Positions 38,748 through 49,789 of a DNA stretch of 64,000 nt are shown one piece after another. Each line of letters starts with the position of its first letter. Position 1 is the stretch's first letter. The notes under the pieces are model-generated. The model made no database searches. It had not been told where the DNA came from and saw nothing but the letters and a program-made list of their open reading frames with translations. Made by a program: the position numbers and the translations under genes. Source of the DNA: Octopus bimaculoides (lineage: Eukaryota); assembly GCF_001194135.2 (NCBI RefSeq), contig NC_068988.1, positions 34,783,917-34,847,916 on the forward strand, in the 5' to 3' direction.

Positions 38748-39097
38748 GAGGCACAGTCATGGCTGTATAGTTTAGCAGTATGTTTCCCAAAGGTATGGCT
38801 TTAGGTTCAGCTTTACTGCATAGCACCTTGAGCAAGTGTATTTTCTATAGCCCTAGGCAAAATAAGGCTTGTGAATGGATTTAGTAGATAGAAAGTGAAA
38901 GAAGCCCATCTTCTATATGTGCATGTGTTTGTGTACATGTGCCTCTTTGATTTTGGGGGAAATATTATTATGTGTGGTAATGAGTAAGAATTGTTGACAG
39001 GAGAGGCATCCAGCTGTAGAAAATCTGTTTCAGTAAATTCTATCTGATCCTTGCAATCATGGAAAAGTACATCCTAAAATAATGACGATGATAATAT
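38748..39097 (+). mobile_element. SINE A'
   Basis: A head plus GGAGAGGCATCCAGCTGTAGAAAATCTG...CATGGAAAAG...AATGACGATGAT tail. Confidence 0.75.
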
Positions 39098-39404
39098 GAC
39101 TATGTCTAGGTGTATCTATATCTTTGAGCATCCTTGTCCTTACATTGTGTAATAGCTGTAAATGAGTGTCACTTGTTTCCAAAATTCCAGTATCTGGTCA
39201 TGGGGAAATAGTATCTTGTTGGAAACTAATGAGGGTTATCTACAGGAAGAACTCGAGGCTGTAGAAAACCTGATATTACATCTGTTACATGTATGCATGA
39301 TGCAATAGTGGTTGTTAAAACAATGATAGTGTTGATGATATAACTATCATATATATATATACATACACATACGCACACACACACACATATATATATATAC
39401 ACAA

Positions 39405-39441
<37 letters not shown>

Positions 39442-39463
39442 CATACATACACACACACACATA

Positions 39464-39512
<49 letters not shown>

Positions 39513-39537
39513 CCCTTACAAACATGTATATAATCAT

Positions 39538-39572
<35 letters not shown>

Positions 39573-39904
39573 GCATACATAATTATATAACCATTATATG
39601 TATATACATATATATACTGTGTGTGTACTCACACGCACATATATTGTGCGCATATATAATGTCTGTGTATGTGTGTGTATATTAAGTACTAGAATACACA
39701 CACTCATGCAGAACTCTCCTCTATTATCCAATCTCCAACCACGTTTCATCCTCTTCCACTCCTTTCCTTCTTCCTACATTTTCTTCTGCTTTTCATTTAC
39801 GTTTTATTTTGTCTTTCTTTTACTCAGTTGCATCCTGCTTTTACGGTTACTTCTCTCTAAAGTTGCTTTTAGTCGTTACGCTTTAATTTGACAACGCAAA
39901 CAGA

Positions 39905-40021
39905 AATGCATGCAAGTATAGCAAGAAGAAGAAGAACAACAACAACTACATCGGCAACAGTTAAGAGAAGAAATAAGATAACAAAATCAACAATAGCAGT
40001 AAGAACAACAATGTGAATAAT

Positions 40022-40052
<31 letters not shown>

Positions 40053-40320
40053 GCAACAACCAATGATCACAACAATAGCAACAACTGCTCTGACAGTGGC
40101 AGCAGCAATAACAAATAGTAAGAAAACAAAGAGAGTGAATGAGCCGCAACAGTAAAGGATGTAAAATGAAAGGAAAAATTAAAGCAATGCATTAGAACAG
40201 AAGTAAAGAGAATGAGGAGACATCTACAAGAAGAACAAGGACAGCAACAAACAGATATAGCAAAATGAAATAAAGGACTGTAATAAAGATAGAAATAAAT
40301 TAAAGAAATAAAACGTTTTT
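39905..40320. repeat. Cryptic (AAC/AGC)n tract
   Basis: Degenerate trinucleotide repeat. Confidence 0.85.
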
Positions 40321-40553
40321 CCATCAAACCTTCATTAAGTTTTATCATTCTCTTGCAGAATTTCTTTACATAGATACCCCTATTTCGACTGTCGGCTTAC
40401 TTGCCTACCTACCCACACCTATCGACCTACATCCCTGCATCCCAGCCTTCTTTGTATGAAACAGAATATATATGTGTGTGTGTATATACATATATATATA
40501 TGTACACACACACACATATGCACACACATACATATATGTACATATATACACAT

Positions 40554-40591
<38 letters not shown>

Positions 40592-40659
40592 GTTTCTGAG
40601 ACTGCATTTAATCTCAAAATGTTCTTGTTGCTTGTGTAATTTCCACCAAAACCACCACT

Positions 40660-41270
40660 TTCCATACCACCACCATCACTGCTACACAACTACTACCATC
40701 ATTGCAATTGCTACTACTAATACAGCCTCCACCATCATCATCATCAAATGTCACCACCAGTTCAACCTCTACCACCACTAGCAACTTCTTCGTTAGCACT
40801 ACTACCATTGCACTGCTGCCACTATCACTACTATTACCACTATTATTACGAGCATCATTATGAACACTACCACTGTTACTGTTGCTGTAACCATCATAAC
40901 CTTTACTGCAACCTCCTCTTACAGTTGCCACCACTACTTTTATTTTTATTGTCACTACACTGAAAACACTACGACCACTACCGCCACTGCTTCTGCTGCT
41001 GTTACTACAACAACTGTGTTACCACCTACTATCATTACTACCTCCCCAACAAATACCACTAGTTTTACTCTCACAACTGCTACTACACTGTGGGTACCAC
41101 TGCCACCATCATCACACCTACCACCTCAAATGCTACCAGTACTAGTTCTGTTACCACCACCACACTGTGACCATTTCTACTACTATCAGCACCACTACTA
41201 CAACAAACACCACTATTGTTACTACGTCAACACATTGACCACCACTATCACTACTGCCTTAGTAAAAGAA
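40660..41270. repeat. Cryptic (CAC/TAC)n tract
   Basis: Degenerate trinucleotide repeat. The Thr/His-rich ORFs here are by-products of it. Confidence 0.85.
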
Positions 41271-41619
41271 GACATGCTAATATCTATTTGTCTTTAGTAT
41301 TATTACGTCTTCACTTTTGGTCCTAACCCCTAGTCATTCTATCCTTTCTCCTGCAATAGGAACTCCTTTTATTAGATAAATTCACTTGGCAATTACATGG
41401 GGTCAGTCCCACTCTTCAGCACAATGGGCAAGTGTGGACTACTCTAACATATGTGACCCGTACCTTGTCATTGAAATTGTTTAGACAATACTGTTTGGAA
41501 GATTGTCAGATGGACTGTAGCTGTTCTTGAATGGTGGAATTATTTGTTCCATCACCTGGCTTAACACTCCTACCTAATATTTGAGTGTTTTTTTACTATA
41601 TATATATATATATATATAT

Positions 41620-42067
41620 NNNNNNNNNNNNNNNNNNNNNNNNNNNNNNNNNNNNNNNNNNNNNNNNNNNNNNNNNNNNNNNNNNNNNNNNNNNNNNNNN
41701 NNNNNNNNNNNNNNNNNNNNNNNNNNNNNNNNNNNNNNNNNNNNNNNNNNNNNNNNNNNNNNNNNNNNNNNNNNNNNNNNNNNNNNNNNNNNNNNNNNNN
41801 NNNNNNNNNNNNNNNNNNNNNNNNNNNNNNNNNNNNNNNNNNNNNNNNNNNNNNNNNNNNNNNNNNNNNNNNNNNNNNNNNNNNNNNNNNNNNNNNNNNN
41901 NNNNNNNNNNNNNNNNNNNNNNNNNNNNNNNNNNNNNNNNNNNNNNNNNNNNNNNNNNNNNNNNNNNNNNNNNNNNNNNNNNNNNNNNNNNNNNNNNNNN
42001 NNNNNNNNNNNNNNNNNNNNNNNNNNNNNNNNNNNNNNNNNNNNNNNNNNNNNNNNNNNNNNNNNNN
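41620..42067. other. Assembly gap (N)
   Basis: N run ending exactly at a palindrome arm. Confidence 0.99.
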
Positions 42068-42162
42068 CAGGGAAAGCATGGGAATCATCTTAAACATAAG
42101 ACATTATGACCGATTATCGGTCATAATGTCTTACGTTTAAGATGATTCCCATGCTTTCCCTG
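42068..42162. repeat. Near-perfect palindrome with 47-bp arms and a 1-nt centre (T42115)
   Basis: 42068-42114 is the reverse complement of 42116-42162 except for A42096/C42134. Confidence 0.97.
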
Positions 42163-42252
42163 ATGAGAAGGTTACTTACAATTTTAATATCAAAGATCCC
42201 TATGGATCACACAGGTTGTAATCCTTTGAAACATATGTAGGAATAAAGTATG
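42150..42252 (+). ncRNA. Type I hammerhead ribozyme with a palindromic stem III (Penelope-like-element type)
   Basis: Stem I is TTCC(42156-59)/GGAA(42240-43) plus a 6-bp extension. Core CTGATGA at 42160-66; stem II GAAGGTTAC/GTAA-T-CCTTT; GAA at 42228-30. Stem III is ACATATGT (42231-38), with a predicted GUA cleavage after 42239. Confidence 0.72.
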
Positions 42253-42289
42253 CAATTATAACATGCGTTTTCTCCAATCCTTAAATTCT

Positions 42290-42325
<36 letters not shown>

Positions 42326-43944
42326 CCAATCTGTTGTGAGTATCAATTTCAGCAGTTTTCTACAAAATACACCAGAGGTTAGGAGTCCTATTCCTTCCTT
42401 CTTGGACTATAAGCCATATCCCACCCAAAACTGAGGCATTCTCTATGAAATGGTACAAATCTCACCTATCTGTCTCTGTTATGCAAAAAGAAAAAAAAAT
42501 GCAAGGAAAGACGCATTGACTAAATTAGTTCTAAATATACCCTCAACAAAAGATATTGTTAAACTATTTAATTGAAGCTAATATCAAATTCTCCATCTTG
42601 CATCTTCTGCTATTTCTCGTAAAATGTATGTTGTGTTAAATATGATTCTCTGTTCATCATGACAATCATTGTCATCATTATAAAGCCCATCCTTTTGTTT
42701 TTGTAGGTATGTTTTTTTTTTTCTTCTTTTTTTACTAGGCTAGTATTTAGTTGAAAGATCTGTTAGACTACCAGACATGCCTTGAAGAAATTTTCTCTGC
42801 TCTTCACATTCTGAGACCAAATCTTTGCAAAGTCAGGCATTTATTTTTATCTTTCTAGGTTTGATAAAATACCAGTTAAGGATAAGGAATGATTATCTCA
42901 CCTCACTCTCTCTCTCTCCCTCTCTTTTTCCTCTCTTCCCTCTCCCTCCTATCTTCTTTTTCTCTCCCAAAATCGTTTATGCTGCTGTGCTGTGAGAAGT
43001 TTGTTGGGGACCCCTCATGGTAACTACTTCTTTGAGTAAACTGAAGATTCAGTTAGAAGCTAGCAACATCTTTTCATTTTGCATGCTACAGAACCTGTCC
43101 AAGAAAACCATAGAACATGGTGTGCATGAACAGACAAATGTGGTGTAGGTCAAAAAATGTCATCTATAGCTCTGCTTTATTTCATACCTCACCACTTTGA
43201 CCTTTATGCACTTTGGCCTCAATTATAATTTTTCATATAAAACTTTCACTTTTCTTCAATTTTTCATCTGGGTTTGAAATTTATGATAATCTACACATGT
43301 TTTTTTAATCAGTGATTAGGAGAAATGTCCTAAACTCAATCAAGCCAAATAGATTTTTATGTGGTTACTCAATCAAACCAATGAGAAATCCACAACATGG
43401 TCATTTGATCTGCCAGAAAAAGCAGCAAAATTGCTGTTCTTATGAATTTGAACAAGTCAATGAATACATATAGGATGTATAGGCTCTTAGTACACACATC
43501 ATCATAATCCTTTTTACATCCACTTTTTCATGCTGGCATGAGCTGGATAAGGCTGTTTGAGGTAGTGTGGCATAGCCATGATACCCTCTAAGTTGTATCT
43601 TGTGACATGCAAAGATACAGCATATCTATTCTAAAATACTTACTGGCTACACTCAGTGCTTGGAAAGGAAACAATAAAGAAAGAAAATGGATTCATTGCA
43701 ACAGAAATGTTTTTGATTGCAAAATCAAGTAATTCAAGGCTATCCTGGGGTTAAACAACTGCTTCCAACAGCTTAGAAGTAAACCTGATATATTGTGCTT
43801 ATATACAGTGAATTGTACTCTGATTGTCTAACTTCAAACAAGAGTAACTCTTTACTGAATAATAACTACTAAGGTAAGATCCTGAATTCATAAAGAAAAG
43901 TTTGGTTTTGATCAAATTGATTTGCATACGGGATTACTCTATAG

Positions 43945-44008
43945 AAGGCTATATCATTGTTGAGACAGTTTATTATTGATCTCAAGAGAAACACTGATCC
44001 TGTTATTG
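43945..44008 (+). CDS. Candidate 64-nt exon (KAISLLRQFIIDLKRNTDPVI)
   Basis: Acceptor CTCTATAG, donor TG|GTAAAC and an amphipathic open frame. Signals are moderate. Confidence 0.25.
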
Positions 44009-44574
44009 GTAAACCTGTCCCTAATGAAGTTTTCATGTCTTATGGCAGTCTTTATGACACGTGTTCAATATTGATTTATCTCTTGCATAATTCACGTCAC
44101 TTACATGTTCAAACCCTGGTCGATGCATTCATGGCATGTTCAAGTGTCGTGTTTGTCTCTCATGAGTTAGTTTAGAATTGGGTATACATACAAGTAACCA
44201 CACAGCTGTTATTCCACCTTCTCCTGGCCACCTAAGCTTCTTCAATCAATATAAATTAATACACATTATAAAGGTTGGGAAGGCTGAGTAAAGTGCTGAG
44301 TATTCACTCTGCACTTTAGTAAAGTATAAATCAGGTTATGGAAGTTGAGTTATTGTTTTAGTCATCCTCAGTTCTACAAACCTATAATGAAAATCATTCC
44401 AGACATGACCATCCTGTCTATTTTGTTTTCCATGTGTATTCATTGTAGACTCATCCCTATCGTTCCTAGTGTGGTGCTAGATTAAATGCACTTTCTGCAT
44501 TTTATCATGTGTGGGTTTTGAGAGGCCCTTTTAGTCTTGTCAAAGACATGGTCATCTATATAGTGCTAGTTCCA

Positions 44575-44775
44575 AAAGAAGAATGCTCTCACTACACTCT
44601 GTAAAGTGGTTGGCGTTAGAAACAGCATCCAACCTTAGAAACAAAACCAAAGTTTTAACTTAGAAGCAAGTTATGGTCTATCAACCTATCTAGGGGTAGC
44701 AGCAACTTAGCCAACATATGCCAGCATAGAAAGCAGATAAAAAACAATGACAACAATGATCGTAGTGACAATGAT
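44575..44775 (+). mobile_element. RTE 3' tail, decayed
   Basis: CACTACACTCTGTAAAGTGGTTGGCGTTAG...CATATGCCAGCATAGAAAGCAG. Confidence 0.7.
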
Positions 44776-45220
44776 GAGTGTATTTATTACTACTACATTC
44801 TCCAGCATGGCATTTCTATTTTAAGATGTTAAGGTGTAGGTAAAAAGGGATTTGGCTGTTTCTTTTTGCAGACAGAATTTACAAGAGGAGTTAAGGAGAG
44901 ATGTAGACATTTGAAAAGCAGTAATGCTAACTACTGATCCTGTCCACCCATTTCTTTCTCTTTTTTTCCTTTCTTTCTTCAGGAAGCTTTAGGTTGAATT
45001 CAAAAATAGTTTGGTCCAATATGGGGAGATTAAAATAGAAAACCTCTGGGTTGGGAGTTACAGTAAACCAAATTGACATTACTACTCCCCTTATTGTTCA
45101 TTGTTCCCAGTCTTGTCTCAATACTATATTTTCTTTACTTTTTCTTGTCTTGCATATGTAAGTAGCTAAGTACCTAAGTTCATTTAAATACATACGCACA
45201 TACACACTTGAACATAAATA

Positions 45221-45235
<15 letters not shown>

Positions 45236-45292
<57 letters not shown>
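45236..45292. repeat. (AT)n microsatellite
   Basis: Direct reading. Confidence 0.95.
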
Positions 45293-45296
<4 letters not shown>

Positions 45297-46224
45297 CATA
45301 TATCAACATTGAATGTCTTTCTGATGATGATTATACATGCACGCACACACACACACACACACATGCACACACACACACATTCATGTTTTCTCTATAACTA
45401 CTACCAATGACTATCCACATTACCAGAACCACTTTTAGTTCTGCTGTGAGTGGTCATGATGTTGTTCATTTTGAAAATGGTGCTGGTGATGGTGATGATT
45501 ATGAAGGGTGTACTGAGTTTAGTCAAGGTGGGAAAGAATCAAAGACAGCCAGATGTGTGTGCTGAGCGAAGTTTTCTTTTTGTCTAATTCTAATTTTCTT
45601 CATTTCCACATTGCCCCAAAGCAATAACTGCGTTCCTAGATCAAAGGCACGCACACACATGCACACACAATTTATCACATTCACATATACGCATGCATAT
45701 GCACACTCAAACAAATTAACACAAGGAATCACACTTTTGCTTCAATTTTTCTTCTCTCCCACTGTATTTATATTTATGTCTATTTCTGTGCCAGTCTATA
45801 TATCTGTCTATATATTTGTGCACCTATTAGTGTATGTGTCTATATATATCTGTCTACACATATACATGCACACACATACACATGCATGAACTCACACAGA
45901 CATACAGTAAATAGTAAGGTTAGACACTGATATTTTTTCTTTAATGTAAAACACTACATTTCTTTCTCTTTTTCCCACCCCCATCTGTATATATAAATAC
46001 ACATGCATACATCTAATGAATGGCAGAATTCGATTATATAAGAGTGTGTGTGTGTATGAAATGTGCACAAATATGTAATATACCCACGTATAAAGACTTG
46101 TTACTGCTAACATGATGATTATTATTATGGTTTTTTTTTGTTTAGATGTTCTTGTTGGATCATGTATTAGCTCAGACCATATAAACTATGACAACTACAT
46201 TGCGACAAACATAAACCACACACA

Positions 46225-46256
<32 letters not shown>

Positions 46257-46414
46257 TTTTGATATGAACACATTTATTTTCAGTACATTGCCTTCAGCAT
46301 GTGTTTTTCTTTCTTTTGTTTATATTTTTACTATTACTTTTTATATTTTTGTTACTCTTTAAAGACTGCTAGGATCAGCAAGTTTTCCTCTTTTTATCTT
46401 ATCGAAATACACAG

Positions 46415-46478
46415 CCCACTCCCTGTGAATGTACCTCTTCCACCGACTGGTATTGCTCACCCTATCGCTAACAACTAG
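46415..46478 (+). CDS. Candidate terminal coding exon (PLPVNVPLPPTGIAHPIANN*)
   Basis: Strong pyrimidine tract and CACAG acceptor at 46414, then a Pro-rich frame to TAG. Confidence 0.3.
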
Positions 46479-46935
46479 ACTGATCAGGACAGGCTGTATA
46501 TACAAACTATACACAAATATACTTTGTATTCATGGAATGTCTACACCAGGGAACCAAGAATAAGGTTAAGAAGACATGTAAGGGGCAGAATGATGGCGGT
46601 CTTCATCACCACCACCATCATCATCATCGTCGCACCATCATCATCATTATCAACACCACCACCACTACCATTAGTGGCTATTTCTATAAACTCAGTCCTG
46701 TGCTGCAGTATGGGAAACACCAAATTAATTTTCATATACATACACATTAGAATAACAAGCTTACAACACAACATTTCAGGTTACCCACTACTGCCTACCC
46801 TCCCATTAGATTCCGAACAGTACAAAGCAAACACACATACTTTTCAGAATAGCTGCTGCAGCAGTTTTTTGTCTCTCAGCCCAAACAGTCCTTGATCTGT
46901 GTTATCAGTTAGATTTATTTTTTCACTGCTCTAAT

Positions 46936-47287
46936 TGCGCAGGCATTGTTGTGGGGTTAAGAAGTTCACTTGGCAACTACATGGTTCCAAGTTTGATTCC
47001 ATTGTCAGGCACCTTGTCATTGTAGCATTGGTTTAGGTCATTCAATGTCTTAACAGTCAAATTTGGTTGACAGAAGCTGTGTGGATGTCCGTCACTTGTG
47101 TGTGTACTTTCATTTATTTTTATGTTAGTTTTCCATGCTCTCGTAAGTTTGACTAATATATGTATTATTGAAGCTTGCTTGGAAACAGACATGGGTTAGC
47201 AATGGGAAGAGCATCTGATTAGAAAGTCTCGGTTAAAGATTGCCAGATCCATGCTGACATGGAAAAGTTGGTGTTAAAAATGATGAG
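46936..47287 (+). mobile_element. SINE A', decayed
   Basis: A head plus GGGAAGAGCATCTG...CCATGCTGACATGGAAAAG...GTTAAAAATGATGAG tail. Confidence 0.65.
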
Positions 47288-47339
47288 TAAATAATGTTAC
47301 GCCCGCGCACGCACAGACACACACACACACACACTTGGT

Positions 47340-47478
47340 CTTTGTATAGTCTCCATTTGCCAAATTCACACAAAAAAGTATTGGGTAGAAGACTCTTACC
47401 AAGGTGCTGCACAGACTGAACTGAAATCATGAGGTTGGGAAGCCAGCTTCTTAGCTACACTGCTATATCTGCACCTAT
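47340..47478 (-). mobile_element. SINE A head
   Basis: Reverse complement of the A head. Confidence 0.65.
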
Positions 47479-47486
47479 TGTGTATG

Positions 47487-47521
<35 letters not shown>

Positions 47522-47807
47522 AATGCATATTTGCAAAGTATATTAACATAGGTGGAAACTGTGGAAGATGTGTGCTCTTCGATTAAAATTCTTTGTAATG
47601 TTTGTTTTGTACAGAGTTAATGATATTCCCTCGTTTTGGAAATGCAGTGGACCTGTGATTTGCCTTTTTTAAACCTGCAAACAAAAATGTTTTTGTTCAC
47701 AGATTGTAATATAAAATAATTATATAATAGAAAAAAAAAGAATTGTGTAATAAATATATGTGGTTTAACTGCTTTAATCTCAACAACCTGTTGATATTTC
47801 TTTTCAG

Positions 47808-47860
47808 GTGGTCTCTCTTACAAAGAAGTTATCAATAAAAGGAAGCTGTTGCAATATAGT
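47808..47860 (+). CDS. Candidate 53-nt exon (phase 1 to 0; -GLSYKEVINKRKLLQYS)
   Basis: Near-consensus acceptor ATTTCTTTTCAG| and donor AGT|GTAAGT in non-repetitive sequence, with an open frame. It could instead be a UTR exon. Confidence 0.45.
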
Positions 47861-48029
47861 GTAAGTTACTGTTTGATTTGAATTATTGCAAATTATTTGT
47901 TTAATGATAAAGTGGATTGGAAGATTTATAGGGAAACATTCTTGGGGAGTAAGTATGGGGCCAAAACATCTTGTACAAGAAAATCATAGTTTATCAGATA
48001 TATGCGCCAGTGAAAGATTCTATAAGTGA

Positions 48030-48210
48030 TTGATGAATCTGCTAGAAATATCGTCCAAATTTCCTTCAAATTGCACCATTCTAAGTTAATTAATGGAAGA
48101 ACATGCTCAATGATTGACAGATTGTCCTAGACATATTTATTCCTAAATGGTTGGAGTAGCCATTGTTAGGATACTTTTGGTCATAAATCTATCTGCTTCA
48201 TTAGGAACTG
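48030..48210 (+). mobile_element. Family E, decayed
   Basis: AATCTGCTAGAAATATCGTCCAAATTTCC head and TTGTCCTAGA middle block. Confidence 0.5.
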
Positions 48211-48439
48211 CTTAATGGTGGTTTGTGTGTTTCTTTGTTATATTTTTTCCTTGTTTTTCCATATTAGCATGACAAACAAGGCATTGTTTTTTGTTTTTTT
48301 TTTCAGCCAGATACCCTTCTTGTTGTTAAATCTTATTTGTTATTTAAGTTTGAGTTTCCATTTCACTTGCCTTTCCTTTGAAAGGGTAGTGCTAGATGAT
48401 AACGTGTTGATAGGGAGGGAATTATTAACAAAATATTCA

Positions 48440-48511
<72 letters not shown>

Positions 48512-48589
48512 GAAAAACACAGAATATAAACATTGACTTCAAAACACATTCTTCTGCATGTGCGCGTGCACACACACATATATACATAT

Positions 48590-48750
48590 GATGGCCATTG
48601 TATAGTTTCTGTCTATGAAATTCATTAACAAGGCGTGAGTTAGCTCAGGGCAACAGTAGAATACCCTTTGCTAACGGTAATGTGCAGTGGGACCAAACAT
48701 GAAGCTATATTATTGTAAAGCAAGCTTCTTAACTACATAGTCATGCCTGT
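48590..48750 (-). mobile_element. SINE A head, decayed
   Basis: GCAGTGGGAC...AAGCAAGCTTCTTAACTACATAG. Confidence 0.6.
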
Positions 48751-49254
48751 CAGGAACTGAAATCAACATCAGATATGTTGTTGTTTCTAGGCAGAACTTA
48801 GGAGTCAATTCTATTGTCATTTCATATTTATTTGATGAACTTGCTTCTCTATGTTGCTATCAGTTCACCTAAATTTTAGGTTATTCTGGTGCCTTGTGTC
48901 ATTTACTTAATTCTGTGAAACATCTAGTCATTTACTTAATGCTATGATACAGTACTTTGAGGCCTTTATAAAAAGCCTTTAAAGTTTAAGGAGCATTTAT
49001 ATTTTACATTTGCTGCAGAGACTTGGGACATCTAGGAAGTGGCACTAATACTTAAACTAGAAAAAGAAGTCACTGTTCTTTACTGTCTAGATTATGCCCA
49101 GATCATGCCGGAATATGATAAAAGGTTTCCTTGCCTTGGTCACTTTTTTTAGACTAATATTAATGTTGTCTTCATTTTATTTGAGACAGTTAGGTGCAAT
49201 TTGATTTGATTAAAATTTAGCTACCATTTCTGGCAAGTTGAGTAATTATCTTTT

Positions 49255-49600
49255 ATCTTTTACTTGTTTCAGTCATTAGACTGCAGCCATGCTGGGGCAC
49301 CACCTTGAATTGTCAGTCGAATGAATCGACCCCAGTACTTTTTTTTTAAAGCTTGTTACTTATTCTATTGGTCTCTTTTGCCGAAACACTAAGTTACTGA
49401 TTGTCAAGCAGTAATGAAGGGATACAGACACAAAGACACACAGACACACACATATATATATGACAGGCTTCTTTCAGTTTCTGTCTACCAAATCCACTCA
49501 TGAGGCCTTGGTCAGCCTGAGACTATAGTAGAAGACACTTGCTCAAGGTGCCATGCAGTGGGACTGACCCTGGAAACATGTGGTTAGGAAGCAAGCTTCT
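49255..49600 (-). mobile_element. SINE A interrupted at its head
   Basis: The A tail and body are complete, but the head is cut at AAGCTTCTTA by a B copy. Confidence 0.88.
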
Positions 49601-49789
49601 TATTTCTTTATTGCCCACAAGGGGCTACACACAGAGGGGACAAACAAGGACAGACAAAGGTATTAAGTCGATTACATCGACCGCAGTGCGTAACTGGTAC
49701 GTAATTTATCGACCCCGAAAGGATGAAAGGCAAAGTCGACCTCGGCGGAATTTGAACTTAGAACATAGCGGCAGATGAAATACCGCTAA
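49596..49789 (-). mobile_element. Young SINE B with a Tx1-like tail (type iii)
   Basis: CpG-rich B core; the tail is CTTTGTCTGTCCTTGTTTGTCCCCTCTGTGTGTAGCCCCTTGTGGGCAATAAAGAAATA. Confidence 0.9.

Noticed and set aside
40614-41297. Thr/His/Val-rich mucin-like ORFs
   Set aside because: They are explained by a degenerate trinucleotide repeat and have no splice or start context.
45407-45565. 52-aa ORF ending in RCVC* (prenylation-like end)
   Set aside because: It is partly built from GAT/GGT repeats, its end derives from (GT)n, and nothing else supports it.
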